Positions 16,739 to 26,220 of a stretch of DNA of 64,000 nucleotides are shown here, one piece after another (the stretch's first letter is position 1; every line of letters begins with the position of its first letter). The DNA comes from a virus (lineage: Duplodnaviria > Caudoviricetes). The DNA lies in the IMG/VR virus record IMGVR_UViG_3300025316_001101; one strand, written 5' to 3'. The notes beneath the pieces are model-generated. The model did not search any database, was not told the origin of the DNA, and was given only the letters and a program-made list of their open reading frames with translations. A program made the translations under genes and the position numbers.

Positions 16739-18055
16739 ATGAGTTGTAATATATCTGCCAAATTGCACTTCAGGAGATTCCTAATGGAAATGGAAACGAC
16801 CCCAGATCAGAAGGACCGCATTCGAACCATCATACAAAAGCTTATGGCTGATGATAAAAATTGGTTCAATCAGCAAGAAATCGCAGTCGGAAACAAAGGT
16901 CCGTACTGGGTGCTGAACTATATGCAGGGCTCCCGCAATGAATATAATCAACTTGTCCGTGGTATGATTATTCGTAAGCCAAATGGACAAACTATTAATG
17001 ATCCACTCGACCTGATTGTTAGCTTCCCATTTATGCGGTTCTACAATAAAGGCGAAAAAGAAGCTGCCCCTGTTGATTTTTCAAAAGCAGACATGCTAGA
17101 AAAACTAGATGGGTCAATGGTGGGAGTGTTTTTCCCAGATGGCGATCCCTCTAAGCCACAATACCATACTAGAAAAATGGTATCTGCCCATAAACCCGAC
17201 ATGGATATGATGATTGGCGGCTTTGAAACAGCCAAATCCGGCCCACAGCCATTCATGAAAATCATCGGAGAATACGTGAATAAACTACACTTCACTAAAG
17301 AAGATGTAGCTATGACCTATGTTTTTGAATTTATCCATGAAATTAGCAAGGTTCTAACCAGCTACTCGCCAGAAAAATATGGATTACACCTATTAGGTGC
17401 AAGAAACATACGCACTCACCGTGAATTAACAGAAGATCAATTAGATGTAATAGCTCGTAGAATAGGTGCCCCACGTCCACGTCGTTGGAATACTACTGGC
17501 GACGAGGCAGAAATCCGTCAAATGATGGATGAAATTGGCAAAGATACCGAAAACTTTGAAGGGGCTGTGTTCCGAGACCCGGAAGGCAACCGAGTGAAAC
17601 TAAAACGTGATGATTATGTCAAGCTACACCATTTGCTTGACAAACTATCCTTCAAACATTTAATCCCCAAGGTCTTGGAAGGGGAATCCGAGGAAATCAC
17701 TGCTTACTTCCCATCAGCCAAAAAAACCATTGAAACTTTCCAAAAAGCATTTGACGATTATATCGACAAAGCAGTAGTGGCTGTACGTAAATATCATGAT
17801 CAGAAATTAGATCGTAAAACCCTAGCCATGAAGATATTTCATGGAACTGGGGAAGATCTAGACCAGTACATGCGATCCCTGGTGATGAAACATTACGAAA
17901 ATGGTGATGAAGATTCCGTCCGACAAATAATCACAAGAGATCTTAAAACGGTTGCCCTCGGTCGAAATGGCGTTGGCGGCAGTCCACAAAGATTAATGGA
18001 AATTATTGGTATCCATGATGACGAATCGGACGAGAAACAAGACAAAGAGCCTTAA
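16739..18055 (+). CDS. Rnl1-type ATP-dependent RNA ligase
   Basis: EKLDGS (motif I), HTR, YVFEF, EGAVF, VKLK nucleotidyltransferase motifs; PFMRFYN-GE. Confidence 0.85.
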   Translation: MSCNISAKLHFRRFLMEMETTPDQKDRIRTIIQKLMADDKNWFNQQEIAVGNKGPYWVLNYMQGSRNEYNQLVRGMIIRKPNGQTINDPLDLIVSFPFMRFYNKGEKEAAPVDFSKADMLEKLDGSMVGVFFPDGDPSKPQYHTRKMVSAHKPDMDMMIGGFETAKSGPQPFMKIIGEYVNKLHFTKEDVAMTYVFEFIHEISKVLTSYSPEKYGLHLLGARNIRTHRELTEDQLDVIARRIGAPRPRRWNTTGDEAEIRQMMDEIGKDTENFEGAVFRDPEGNRVKLKRDDYVKLHHLLDKLSFKHLIPKVLEGESEEITAYFPSAKKTIETFQKAFDDYIDKAVVAVRKYHDQKLDRKTLAMKIFHGTGEDLDQYMRSLVMKHYENGDEDSVRQIITRDLKTVALGRNGVGGSPQRLMEIIGIHDDESDEKQDKEP

Positions 18056-18234
18056 TCTCCAGTCAATCGTTGTTCTAGAATTTTTTGAAGCTCAAGAAGA
18101 ATATCTTTACAATCCTCTAATTCGGGTGGTTCCATGTTATAAATCATAACAATGGCATCTTCCAAACGCTCTCTAGCGTTTTCGGGATTGCGAATTACAT
18201 CCTGCTCTTTTAGATAATCTTGAAAACTCTTCAC
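18052..18234 (-). CDS. small protein with capsid-targeting-like N-terminus
   Basis: Likely GTG start 18234 giving MKSFQDYLKE; TATATA 4 nt upstream. Confidence 0.55.
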   Translation of the reverse strand: MKSFQDYLKEQDVIRNPENARERLEDAIVMIYNMEPPELEDCKDILLELQKILEQRLTGD

Positions 18235-18297
18235 AAAATATATAGTCCCTTTCGGCACAAATGTGCCGAAAGGGACTGTTTTATTATTACAAACGCT

Positions 18298-19050
18298 TTA
18301 TACGCTTGCACTAACTGCTTGTGCTTGAATTCCTCTAAGAATCTTAGGAATAGTAACCATAGCTTGTTCTGTTAGTCTTTCGTAATCATTAATATCTAAG
18401 GCAAAGATCCGATAGTGATGACAAATAGGATTTCTCATCACCTGAGGCTTATACCCTGCTTGCTGTGCTTTAAGCGTCATCATAAAGGCATGCCCCACTT
18501 GTGGCAATTCTTCTAGCCACGGACCACAATCTCTCCAACAATCTTTAGTCATCATCATGCAATATTCTTCTACGAAATCTACTTTTTGCTGTTGCATGTA
18601 ATAAGATTGCAAGCTAACCCCAACAAATCCCGTACCTTGTGCCTCAGACACATTCACCAACAAATCAATCCATGCTGGATTAGTAATGACTATATCATGA
18701 TGCAAGAAAATAAAATACTTCGAATTCTTGTCTGCTGCTTCCATTCCTTTATTACAAGCGGCCGACCAAAATATATTCTTCTCACATCTTACAACCTTTA
18801 CTTCCTTATCAATTTCATTTAAGAATTCTTGACTGTCTGGACCTGATCCGTTATCAACAACAATGATCTCATAATTGTTGTTGAAACTAGTAACAGCTAT
18901 AGACTGAAGACAAATATTAAGATATTCTGGCCTATCCTTATGCACCACAATAATAGACACTTGTTCTTCACTTCCGTCATGAAGATTGATGGTTAACTCT
19001 GGCTTTTCCCCCTCCAGAGGATTGTGGGGAGTGATAATTTTCTCTGCCAT
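18298..19050 (-). CDS. GT2 glycosyltransferase
   Basis: VSIIVV, EIIVVDNGS, ACNKG, FLHHD; start ATG 19050 with GGAG SD. Confidence 0.9.
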   Translation of the reverse strand: MAEKIITPHNPLEGEKPELTINLHDGSEEQVSIIVVHKDRPEYLNICLQSIAVTSFNNNYEIIVVDNGSGPDSQEFLNEIDKEVKVVRCEKNIFWSAACNKGMEAADKNSKYFIFLHHDIVITNPAWIDLLVNVSEAQGTGFVGVSLQSYYMQQQKVDFVEEYCMMMTKDCWRDCGPWLEELPQVGHAFMMTLKAQQAGYKPQVMRNPICHHYRIFALDINDYERLTEQAMVTIPKILRGIQAQAVSASV

Positions 19051-19058
19051 ATTTCTCC

Positions 19059-19337
19059 TTATTCTAAATCTAATGGTACTGGTACTGATACTATAATTTT
19101 GATTAAGCCCAGCCACTTAACCAATCCTTCTATATCGTTCTCTTCACTAAATTGAGGACAGCACGTAAGCACTTTGTTCAAAGCAGCAATAGGCGTGTCT
19201 GCCTCTACTATTTGTACTTCTGCAATCATAGTTTCCGTAGGAGTGTTGATTCCAAAATATGACATGTCATCTCCGAATCCAACGGAATACCCATGTGGCA
19301 CTTCACGAATTCTATTTACGGATACTGCATATTTCAT
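19059..19337 (-). CDS. hypothetical protein
   Basis: ATGA-coupled to the upstream ORF. Confidence 0.6.
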   Translation of the reverse strand: MKYAVSVNRIREVPHGYSVGFGDDMSYFGINTPTETMIAEVQIVEADTPIAALNKVLTCCPQFSEENDIEGLVKWLGLIKIIVSVPVPLDLE

Positions 19338-19603
19338 TCCACGATCTCCAACTCAAAAGCTCCAACTTCACAAAAACACTCTAAATCTCCTTGCGGAGTA
19401 GACACCTTAATAGGTCGTATCTTACCTTCCGGTGTTACGTATGTCGCCTTTAACTCCTTCAATAAAGCATCAGCTTGTGAAGCTTGAGAAAAAGCTTTTT
19501 CGGTTTTTATAGCAACATACTCACCAGCAATTTGACGAGCCACTGTAATGACGCAAAAAATCTTTTGATGGTGAATGCCCTCGTTTTTATCGTTTTCTGC
19601 CAT
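19334..19603 (-). CDS. hypothetical protein
   Basis: GAGG SD; TAAATA at 19628-19633. Confidence 0.7.
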   Translation of the reverse strand: MAENDKNEGIHHQKIFCVITVARQIAGEYVAIKTEKAFSQASQADALLKELKATYVTPEGKIRPIKVSTPQGDLECFCEVGAFELEIVE

Positions 19604-19639
19604 AATTTACCTCTACTTTAAGATAGTTATTTACCAATA

Positions 19640-20216
19640 TTATTTCGTGCGTTCGTACATCGAAATAGGTTTTGTCGAAATAACTGTCTTTTTCGCTGTC
19701 GCTATTTCTTCTACCGACCGTTTCTCGATATAAAAAATTACATAGACAATGCCATTTTCATCACAAAAAGTACGAGCATTGTCTTCCAGATTCATTTCGT
19801 GGTGTTTGAAGAAAGGATTGCTTGCTTCGGGTCCGTGATTCATGCAACCATTGACTGTTTTCCCTACAATTTTTCCAATAGCTGTTAGCATTTCTTGCGA
19901 TCTGCTTGGATAACAATTTTGTAATTCCTGCCACGCATCAAGATTATCAGATGAAACTACAGAATGGCTTTGATTGTTTACTTTGGCAATATGATGTTTT
20001 GAAGCATTTTTGGGAATAAATGCTGTCATTTTTAGATCAGGGTTTGTGCCTTCCTTAACCCGAACACTACTTATACGTTCGGCTAATTTCCCTTTATATT
20101 CGTCATATTGAATATCTTGGGCGGCGAGTTGAAATTCTGCCTTACCAGCATATACTCTTATTTTATGTCCAACAATTTTTTTTATCCGTTTCCGTAATCA
20201 CTGCGAATACTTTCAT
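19640..20216 (-). pseudogene. hypothetical gene interrupted by a frameshift at an A8 run
   Basis: ATG 20216 overlaps the upstream TGA; removing one A of 20176-20183 joins it in frame to ORF 19640-20029 (191 aa). Confidence 0.6.
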
Positions 20217-20764
20217 GGATTAATCCCTAGCATCTTTCCAAACTCAGTCAATGTGATCCACTCAAACGCATAAGATGGTTCTACCCACATCTGTGCAATC
20301 TTATCGCCATCATTAATGACTACAATTTCTTTGCCCACATTAGTTACTGTCACTTTAACTCTAGTGGTATTGTTAGGACCAATCATACTGGGACCATCTG
20401 TGATGATCAATCCTTTAGATGCCCAATCGGGTTGAGCTTTTACCAAAGCACGATAGCTAATGGGTAACTTGATACTAAATCCGCAATCTATTACTACGGT
20501 TGCTCTATGGCTTAATGCCAGTCTTTTACCGCCTGTGTGATCAGGTTCTAAATTAGCAATTAAATCCACCACTGATACATTTTTATCATTACTTACAGGG
20601 ATGTATTTAGGATCATCCGCAACGATCTCTGTTGCTACCTTTTTTAACTGTGGCATCTCTAGATCTTTTAACGGAGATCTTGGCATTACACTTCGTATGG
20701 TCCCTTTTTTCTTTGGTTCATCAGATTTGTTCTTAGGCATAATATTTCCAATCGTTGCGGCCAC
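20213..20764 (-). CDS. dUTPase-like protein with degenerate motifs
   Basis: IDCGFSIKLP, I--GDKIAQ fold signature; RSG, IDxDYRG and C-terminal RGxxGFGS motifs absent. Confidence 0.75.
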   Translation of the reverse strand: MAATIGNIMPKNKSDEPKKKGTIRSVMPRSPLKDLEMPQLKKVATEIVADDPKYIPVSNDKNVSVVDLIANLEPDHTGGKRLALSHRATVVIDCGFSIKLPISYRALVKAQPDWASKGLIITDGPSMIGPNNTTRVKVTVTNVGKEIVVINDGDKIAQMWVEPSYAFEWITLTEFGKMLGINP

Positions 20765-20803
20765 TGGCCGTCAGCACCATAACATAGTATGATTGAAAAT
20801 AAA

Positions 20804-21046
20804 TTAGTCTTTAACACTTACTGTGTTTTGTGCCTCTGCGATATGCCTTGTGATGTCTGCTAAAAATCTTGGTAGGGCTACTGTGGGATAAGACGAAGCT
20901 CTTCGAATAACCTCCGATTCCAGCCTTGGATGCAAACCATATGCATGTATGGCAGCCACAATACTTTTCATAGATGGGGAGCGTGGTCCCAATCTACTCA
21001 CGTCTCGACCGGGTACGTCTATCTTGAAATTAATTTGTTCTGGCAT
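20804..21046 (-). CDS. hypothetical protein
   Basis: 80-aa ORF with AAGGA SD. Confidence 0.6.
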   Translation of the reverse strand: MPEQINFKIDVPGRDVSRLGPRSPSMKSIVAAIHAYGLHPRLESEVIRRASSYPTVALPRFLADITRHIAEAQNTVSVKD

Positions 21047-21093
21047 TTTATTCCTTTGTTACGTAAATACAAGTATACTAATATAGCCTCCCT

Positions 21094-21504
21094 ATGATAA
21101 CTTTTAAGCAATTCATACAACTTTCGGAAGATAATACCATTGGGTATCATAACGACGGTCCAGGCAGTGGACTAGCGTATGGTAGCGGTGCGTTGCTTGG
21201 CAGCGATTTTACAGGAAGCGAAACTGCTGGCAAATTCTTGGGAAATCCCCTTCATTTACCAAGTTTAGACATGACGATTCCTCAGGTAGTTCGCTCTGGA
21301 GTAGTGCGACTCTTAGAAAAAAACAAAAATCCCATTCACATCTTGCTATCAGACGGAACAAGACTTCATTTAACCTGGGATCAATATAAAAGAATAGAAG
21401 GTACTGAACCGGCTATAGGCAAACTAATGCATGTGACATTTCAAAGAAACGTCAATAACGGCCCAGATGAAACATCTCAAATCACACAATGTCGTTGTGA
21501 TTAA
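21094..21504 (+). CDS. hypothetical protein with capsid-targeting-like N-terminus
   Basis: MITFKQFIQLSE start; isolated + strand gene; TAAATA about 25 nt upstream. Confidence 0.7.
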   Translation: MITFKQFIQLSEDNTIGYHNDGPGSGLAYGSGALLGSDFTGSETAGKFLGNPLHLPSLDMTIPQVVRSGVVRLLEKNKNPIHILLSDGTRLHLTWDQYKRIEGTEPAIGKLMHVTFQRNVNNGPDETSQITQCRCD

Positions 21505-21806
21505 TGTCTCTGTGATTCCCACACCTGTTCCCAAGTACGAGGCTGTTGAGGCTGTTCACCCGATTTCTTGATATATGGTAAATATGCTGCTGGTGGTCTT
21601 CTGGGATCGACCCGATCTGGATCAAATCCTGGATTGTACGGTCCTGGAGCATAATCCCTTTGCAATCTTTGCATAACCTTGTCGGCAGCCTTGTCGGCCG
21701 CTTTGTTGATCATTAAGGCCCCCACTCCAAACAAGAGAAAAATAGCCACGCTAACCGCCACCAACAAAACAGTAATCTTCTTTCCATCTATATTCATGAT
21801 TGGCAC
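21501..21806 (-). CDS. membrane-anchored hypothetical protein
   Basis: N-terminal TM helix, Pro-rich tail. Confidence 0.65.
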   Translation of the reverse strand: MPIMNIDGKKITVLLVAVSVAIFLLFGVGALMINKAADKAADKVMQRLQRDYAPGPYNPGFDPDRVDPRRPPAAYLPYIKKSGEQPQQPRTWEQVWESQRH

Positions 21807-21814
21807 CCTTTTTA

Positions 21815-22855
21815 CTACAATAGTTGATTGAAGTTTTTTCTTTTAGACCCATAACATGTTTTTTCTAAAGCCGCTAATTCTGACACCTTATTAGTATAAT
21901 CGTGTCCACCATTATCTGGCATATCTAAGTCTACTACTACCAATAAGTTGCCACGATTGTTCTCTCCCAAAAAAGGGAGACCCTGTTTAACCAATCTTAG
22001 CTTAGATCCCGGTGCCGTTTTAGATGGAATCCTTAGTTTAATTTTTCCACCATCAAGCGTTGGAATATCTAATTCTGTTCCAAACACAAGCTCAGAGAAT
22101 GTTAGAGGAATCGAACATAACAAATCTGTATTGCCTTGTCGTATAAAAAATTGATGAGGCTTTACGGTGACCATTACATAAAGATCTCCACGATCTCCAT
22201 TTTCCTCATCTCCTTGACCCTCTAATCTTAAATGCATGCCATCTACCACTCCAGGCGGAATATGAACAGATAAGGTTTCTTTTCTATTGGTTTTCCATCC
22301 CGCACCATTACAATCCGTACATTGTTTTCCTGGAAACTTTCCGCCGCCACGACATGTTGGACATGTAACCTCAAATCGCAATGGATTAACACTTAAAACC
22401 TTTCTTCCCGTCCCGCCACAAGCGTCACATGTTTTCCAATCAACTGCCCCTTGACCCATGCACATAACACATTTAGAGTGTCGATCTACAGATATGTCTT
22501 TTTTACATCCAGTAAGCACTTCTTGTAAATCAATAGCCACATCTACTTTAATGTCTCGTCCTTGTTTACGACGTACATTGTGGCCAAACCCAAACATATG
22601 GGCCATCATATCGTCGTATGCATAACGACCAACAGATGGCCCATGTCCCCCAACCTTACCATGAAGATCATATTCAGACCTTTTGGCAGGATTGTTCAAA
22701 ACTTCGAAAGCTTCATTTACCTTTTTGAACTGCTCTGTGGCGTCTTCACTAGGATTTACATCTGGATGGCATTCTCTGGCTCGCTTACGATATGCCTGTT
22801 GTATCTCTTCCAATGAAGCATCTTTTTTAACGCCTAAGGTCTCGTAATAATTCAT
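21815..22855 (-). CDS. dnaJ: DnaJ chaperone
   Basis: J domain with HPD, four CxxCxGxG repeats, C-terminal domain. Confidence 0.97.
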   Translation of the reverse strand: MNYYETLGVKKDASLEEIQQAYRKRARECHPDVNPSEDATEQFKKVNEAFEVLNNPAKRSEYDLHGKVGGHGPSVGRYAYDDMMAHMFGFGHNVRRKQGRDIKVDVAIDLQEVLTGCKKDISVDRHSKCVMCMGQGAVDWKTCDACGGTGRKVLSVNPLRFEVTCPTCRGGGKFPGKQCTDCNGAGWKTNRKETLSVHIPPGVVDGMHLRLEGQGDEENGDRGDLYVMVTVKPHQFFIRQGNTDLLCSIPLTFSELVFGTELDIPTLDGGKIKLRIPSKTAPGSKLRLVKQGLPFLGENNRGNLLVVVDLDMPDNGGHDYTNKVSELAALEKTCYGSKRKNFNQLL

Positions 22856-22888
22856 AGCTTGTTACAATACAAAGCCTTTATAATGGCA

Positions 22889-23209
22889 TTAAAGTTCTAG
22901 AGACGATTGTTCAAACAGAATAGCTTTCACAGCATGCAGTTCAACCAAACCTAATAATCGTTCGTTATCCCGTGGATAGTCTGGTACTGGCGTGTAATTT
23001 CCAGATAACAGTATTCGCTGCCCTACTTTAACCTGTCCCTCTTTACCTTCTCCGTATACATGTGGACCAATCTTCAACACATATGCCTGAGGAGCCCCCA
23101 CATTGCTTTTACCCTCTACATGCAGCCTTGTGCCCAAAGCCTCCTGTGAAGAAAGCATTTCTACCAAAATCTGCGAACCTACCGGTTCGACGCCTGCTAC
23201 CTTATTCAT
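22889..23209 (-). CDS. groES: GroES-like co-chaperonin
   Basis: VEPVGSQILVE...VLKIGP...VKVGQRIL pattern. Confidence 0.7.
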   Translation of the reverse strand: MNKVAGVEPVGSQILVEMLSSQEALGTRLHVEGKSNVGAPQAYVLKIGPHVYGEGKEGQVKVGQRILLSGNYTPVPDYPRDNERLLGLVELHAVKAILFEQSSLEL

Positions 23210-23262
23210 TATTATCTCCTTGTGATGATATAACGTCTATACAGAGATAATAGTGTGCTGTT

Positions 23263-23802
23263 TTATTTTTTACTTTTTCCAGGCTCTAAATGACACATCA
23301 TCATACGACCTTCTAATCTTGGTTTCTGAGTTGCTATACCTACGTCTTGTAAAGCCTCTAAGGCTTTATTAATCACTTCCAAACCTAGATTTTGATGCGC
23401 CATTTCTGCACCTGTAAACTTTAATTTTAAGCATACTTTATGCCCGTCCTCTAAGAACCCACGCATTAATCTAACCTTAGTTTCTAGATCATGCTCAGCA
23501 ATCTTAGGACTTAATCTCATCTCTTTAAGTTGAGACTGTTTAGTGTGTTGCTTCTTCTCCCGTACACTTTTTTCATACTTGAACTTTCCATAGTCCATAA
23601 TCTTACAAACTGGTGGACGAGCGTGGGCCACCACTTCTACCAAATCTAACCCCGCATCTTTTGCTCTCTGCAAAGCGTCCTTGGTTAGCATAACTCCCAA
23701 ATTATCATCTCCCTCTATCACTAAAATCGGAGACAGCTTAATCTGGTGATTTACCCTAGTAAAATCAGACTGGCCACTAGGTTTAGCATATTTATTTGCC
23801 AT
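23263..23802 (-). CDS. infC: translation initiation factor IF-3
   Basis: RVN-QI, AL-RA---GLDLVEV, PPVCKIMDYGKFKYE, KEMRLSP-I-EHDL-TK. Confidence 0.95.
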   Translation of the reverse strand: MANKYAKPSGQSDFTRVNHQIKLSPILVIEGDDNLGVMLTKDALQRAKDAGLDLVEVVAHARPPVCKIMDYGKFKYEKSVREKKQHTKQSQLKEMRLSPKIAEHDLETKVRLMRGFLEDGHKVCLKLKFTGAEMAHQNLGLEVINKALEALQDVGIATQKPRLEGRMMMCHLEPGKSKK

Positions 23803-25384
23803 GTGCCTCTATCATTCTCCTCAAAACCGGTGAAATATCGTCCTTCGGAACGACTACGTTAATTACAAATAGTTTACTACTTTTACACGCCTTTGTAAAT
23901 GCCTCTTCCAACTCCACTTCTGTCTCTACCTTTACTCCTTCACTGTGCGGAATCATCTGAACGATCTGCTCATAATTCCATTCTGCTGTTTGACAAAAAT
24001 CCACACCGGTCTGCTTTTTAACAGCAGATCCATGATTATTTAAGACCACTACTATTGGGTTTAATCCCATAGCGGCAATTGTCCCCAACTCTACACAAGA
24101 AAATTGAAATGCTCCATCTCCCACAATCACTATAGGCCGAACTTCTGGCTTAGCTAATTGCACCCCCAAAGCTGCCGGAATAGCAAATCCCTTGCTGCCG
24201 TGGTATAACGGTGAAAGAAAGTGGTTGTGTCGGTGAGTCACTAAATTTATAGACCCGAATAAACTATCCCCCGCATCAGCTATGATTGCCATTTGCGGAT
24301 CTAAAATGGAATTGATCTTGTCAAATAGTCTCTTCACAGTAATCTTAACATTGTCCTGTGGAAAATAATCTTCATGTTCATAAGACTTTGCCCAAGTAGA
24401 ATCATACTTCTTATGAGAAACTTCAAGCTTAGAAAGTCCTTTGATTACATCACTAAATGCAATGTATTTATACCAATGATGATTCACTCTAGCGTTATTT
24501 ACAGAAACCGATACTTCAGGGTGTGCTCCCTCAAATTCTACTGGCACCCTTCCCTCTGTGTCTGACATAGCATGTCCTAGAACCAGTACGCAATCAGAAT
24601 CCTCTACCATCTTTCGCATGAATTCAGAACTACCCTTGCCAGCATATACTCCCAAAGAGAGCGGATGGGTTTCACTAATAACCGATTTGCTCAATGGAGT
24701 TGTAGCGATTGGAATGTTTGCCTTCATGGCAAATTTCAATAATTCATTACCCAACCCAAATCTAGAAATCTGCACACCCGCAATGATCACAGGCCGCTGT
24801 GACTTTTCTAACAAGCATTTTATTTCACCAAGTAATTCGACCAACGGCCCTTCTTTTGTTTTAGGAGCCTCTGGCGTTCCCTGTTTGTACACATCGTATG
24901 TGACTGGTTTCTTGAGCAAGTCCCGTGGAACTTCGATATAAACAGGCAATTTATAAAAATTCAATTTTTCAAATGCATAGTCAATCATGTATCCTACTTC
25001 TGATTGATTCAACACAACATGACTACAAGTAATTTCCTCGATACTTTTCCAAGCATCGAAATCTAAAGCGTCTTCTTTTTCTCCAGGTGCTCCACCAATT
25101 ACTATCAATGGAGATCGTTCAGTGTATGCACACGCCACAGCATCGGCTAACTTCCATAGTCCAGTATTGAAGTCTATACAGACACAACCCGAACCAACCA
25201 CTCTGGCATAAGCATCTGCTGCAAATCCCGCATGTAATTCGCTAGTAGTACAAATAAAATTTATGTCGTTAGCAGCCGCAATTGCTCTACATAAATCTAC
25301 ATTATATCTACCAACAACTCCAAACACATGTTTGATGCCAGCGCCTCTAATTCTCTCGATGAGGAAGTCGGTAACTGTTGCCAT
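23792..25384 (-). CDS. thiamine-diphosphate enzyme, pyruvate/indolepyruvate decarboxylase family
   Basis: HVFGV-G, EL-AGFAADAYAR, GDGAFQ...NN ThDP-binding motif. Confidence 0.85.
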   Translation of the reverse strand: MATVTDFLIERIRGAGIKHVFGVVGRYNVDLCRAIAAANDINFICTTSELHAGFAADAYARVVGSGCVCIDFNTGLWKLADAVACAYTERSPLIVIGGAPGEKEDALDFDAWKSIEEITCSHVVLNQSEVGYMIDYAFEKLNFYKLPVYIEVPRDLLKKPVTYDVYKQGTPEAPKTKEGPLVELLGEIKCLLEKSQRPVIIAGVQISRFGLGNELLKFAMKANIPIATTPLSKSVISETHPLSLGVYAGKGSSEFMRKMVEDSDCVLVLGHAMSDTEGRVPVEFEGAHPEVSVSVNNARVNHHWYKYIAFSDVIKGLSKLEVSHKKYDSTWAKSYEHEDYFPQDNVKITVKRLFDKINSILDPQMAIIADAGDSLFGSINLVTHRHNHFLSPLYHGSKGFAIPAALGVQLAKPEVRPIVIVGDGAFQFSCVELGTIAAMGLNPIVVVLNNHGSAVKKQTGVDFCQTAEWNYEQIVQMIPHSEGVKVETEVELEEAFTKACKSSKLFVINVVVPKDDISPVLRRMIEAHGK

Positions 25385-25389
25385 TTATC

Positions 25390-26178
25390 TTATCCCGCCG
25401 TTGGTGAATCGATTACTTTAATTAGGAATCCTTCGCCATCAACAGGGAACCGTCTTACCCACTCCGCTCCTAAAGTCACACATCCAAAATCAGCAGTGCT
25501 TGGAGTAAAACTGGGTATAACACTTATATCAGAGCCAAGGGCTGTTAATGCCTGAAGCGATACCTTCAACACCTTAAATTCTAACATAAAACAACCAGCT
25601 AAGCAAGTGTCACTTGGCATCCAATTGTACACTAAGAATGTGTTCATTAATTGATCGGCTGTAGTGGTGCCATCTACATTTAGAATGTCTTCTTTTTGAA
25701 ATTCAATAGTGCCCGTAGAATTCCCTTCCCCCTTCAAGATTTTTAATGATGAACCTTTAGAATAACTACCAATTGGCGTACCGTGATATCCACGTTCCAC
25801 CTGAATGAAATAATTGTTTTCATCAAACCCTATAACCCGCATATGTTCTGGCAAGCGGGCACGATCCATAACAATTACATCACCAGCAAGAATTTGATTA
25901 AAGCCAATGTTATCAGCTAAAGCAAAATAATTGTCATCTATAGAAGCAGTTAAAGCTTTTTTCAGTTTGCCTTTAGCCCACATGTTGACTTCAACCACAA
26001 TATCTGGATCTGTCAAATCTAATGGTCCATCGCAATCCTCAACCGACACCTTAAAAGCAGGTACAGTGTCGTGTCGTTTAATAGTAAAATCTGGACAATT
26101 TGATCCGCATGGATCTAGACAATCAGAAGTTGTAATAGAACCACATGCTGCCCCGGTTTGTGCGCCATAAATAGTCAT
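25390..26178 (-). CDS. hypothetical protein, possibly baseplate/tail-associated (BppU-like N-terminus)
   Basis: FTIKRHDT-P-FKV-V-D pattern; TATATA 5 nt upstream of ATG. Confidence 0.5.
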   Translation of the reverse strand: MTIYGAQTGAACGSITTSDCLDPCGSNCPDFTIKRHDTVPAFKVSVEDCDGPLDLTDPDIVVEVNMWAKGKLKKALTASIDDNYFALADNIGFNQILAGDVIVMDRARLPEHMRVIGFDENNYFIQVERGYHGTPIGSYSKGSSLKILKGEGNSTGTIEFQKEDILNVDGTTTADQLMNTFLVYNWMPSDTCLAGCFMLEFKVLKVSLQALTALGSDISVIPSFTPSTADFGCVTLGAEWVRRFPVDGEGFLIKVIDSPTAG

Positions 26179-26220
26179 GTAATTATATATCTTACCTACA
26201 ATGTATTCCCGCTTGCAACG

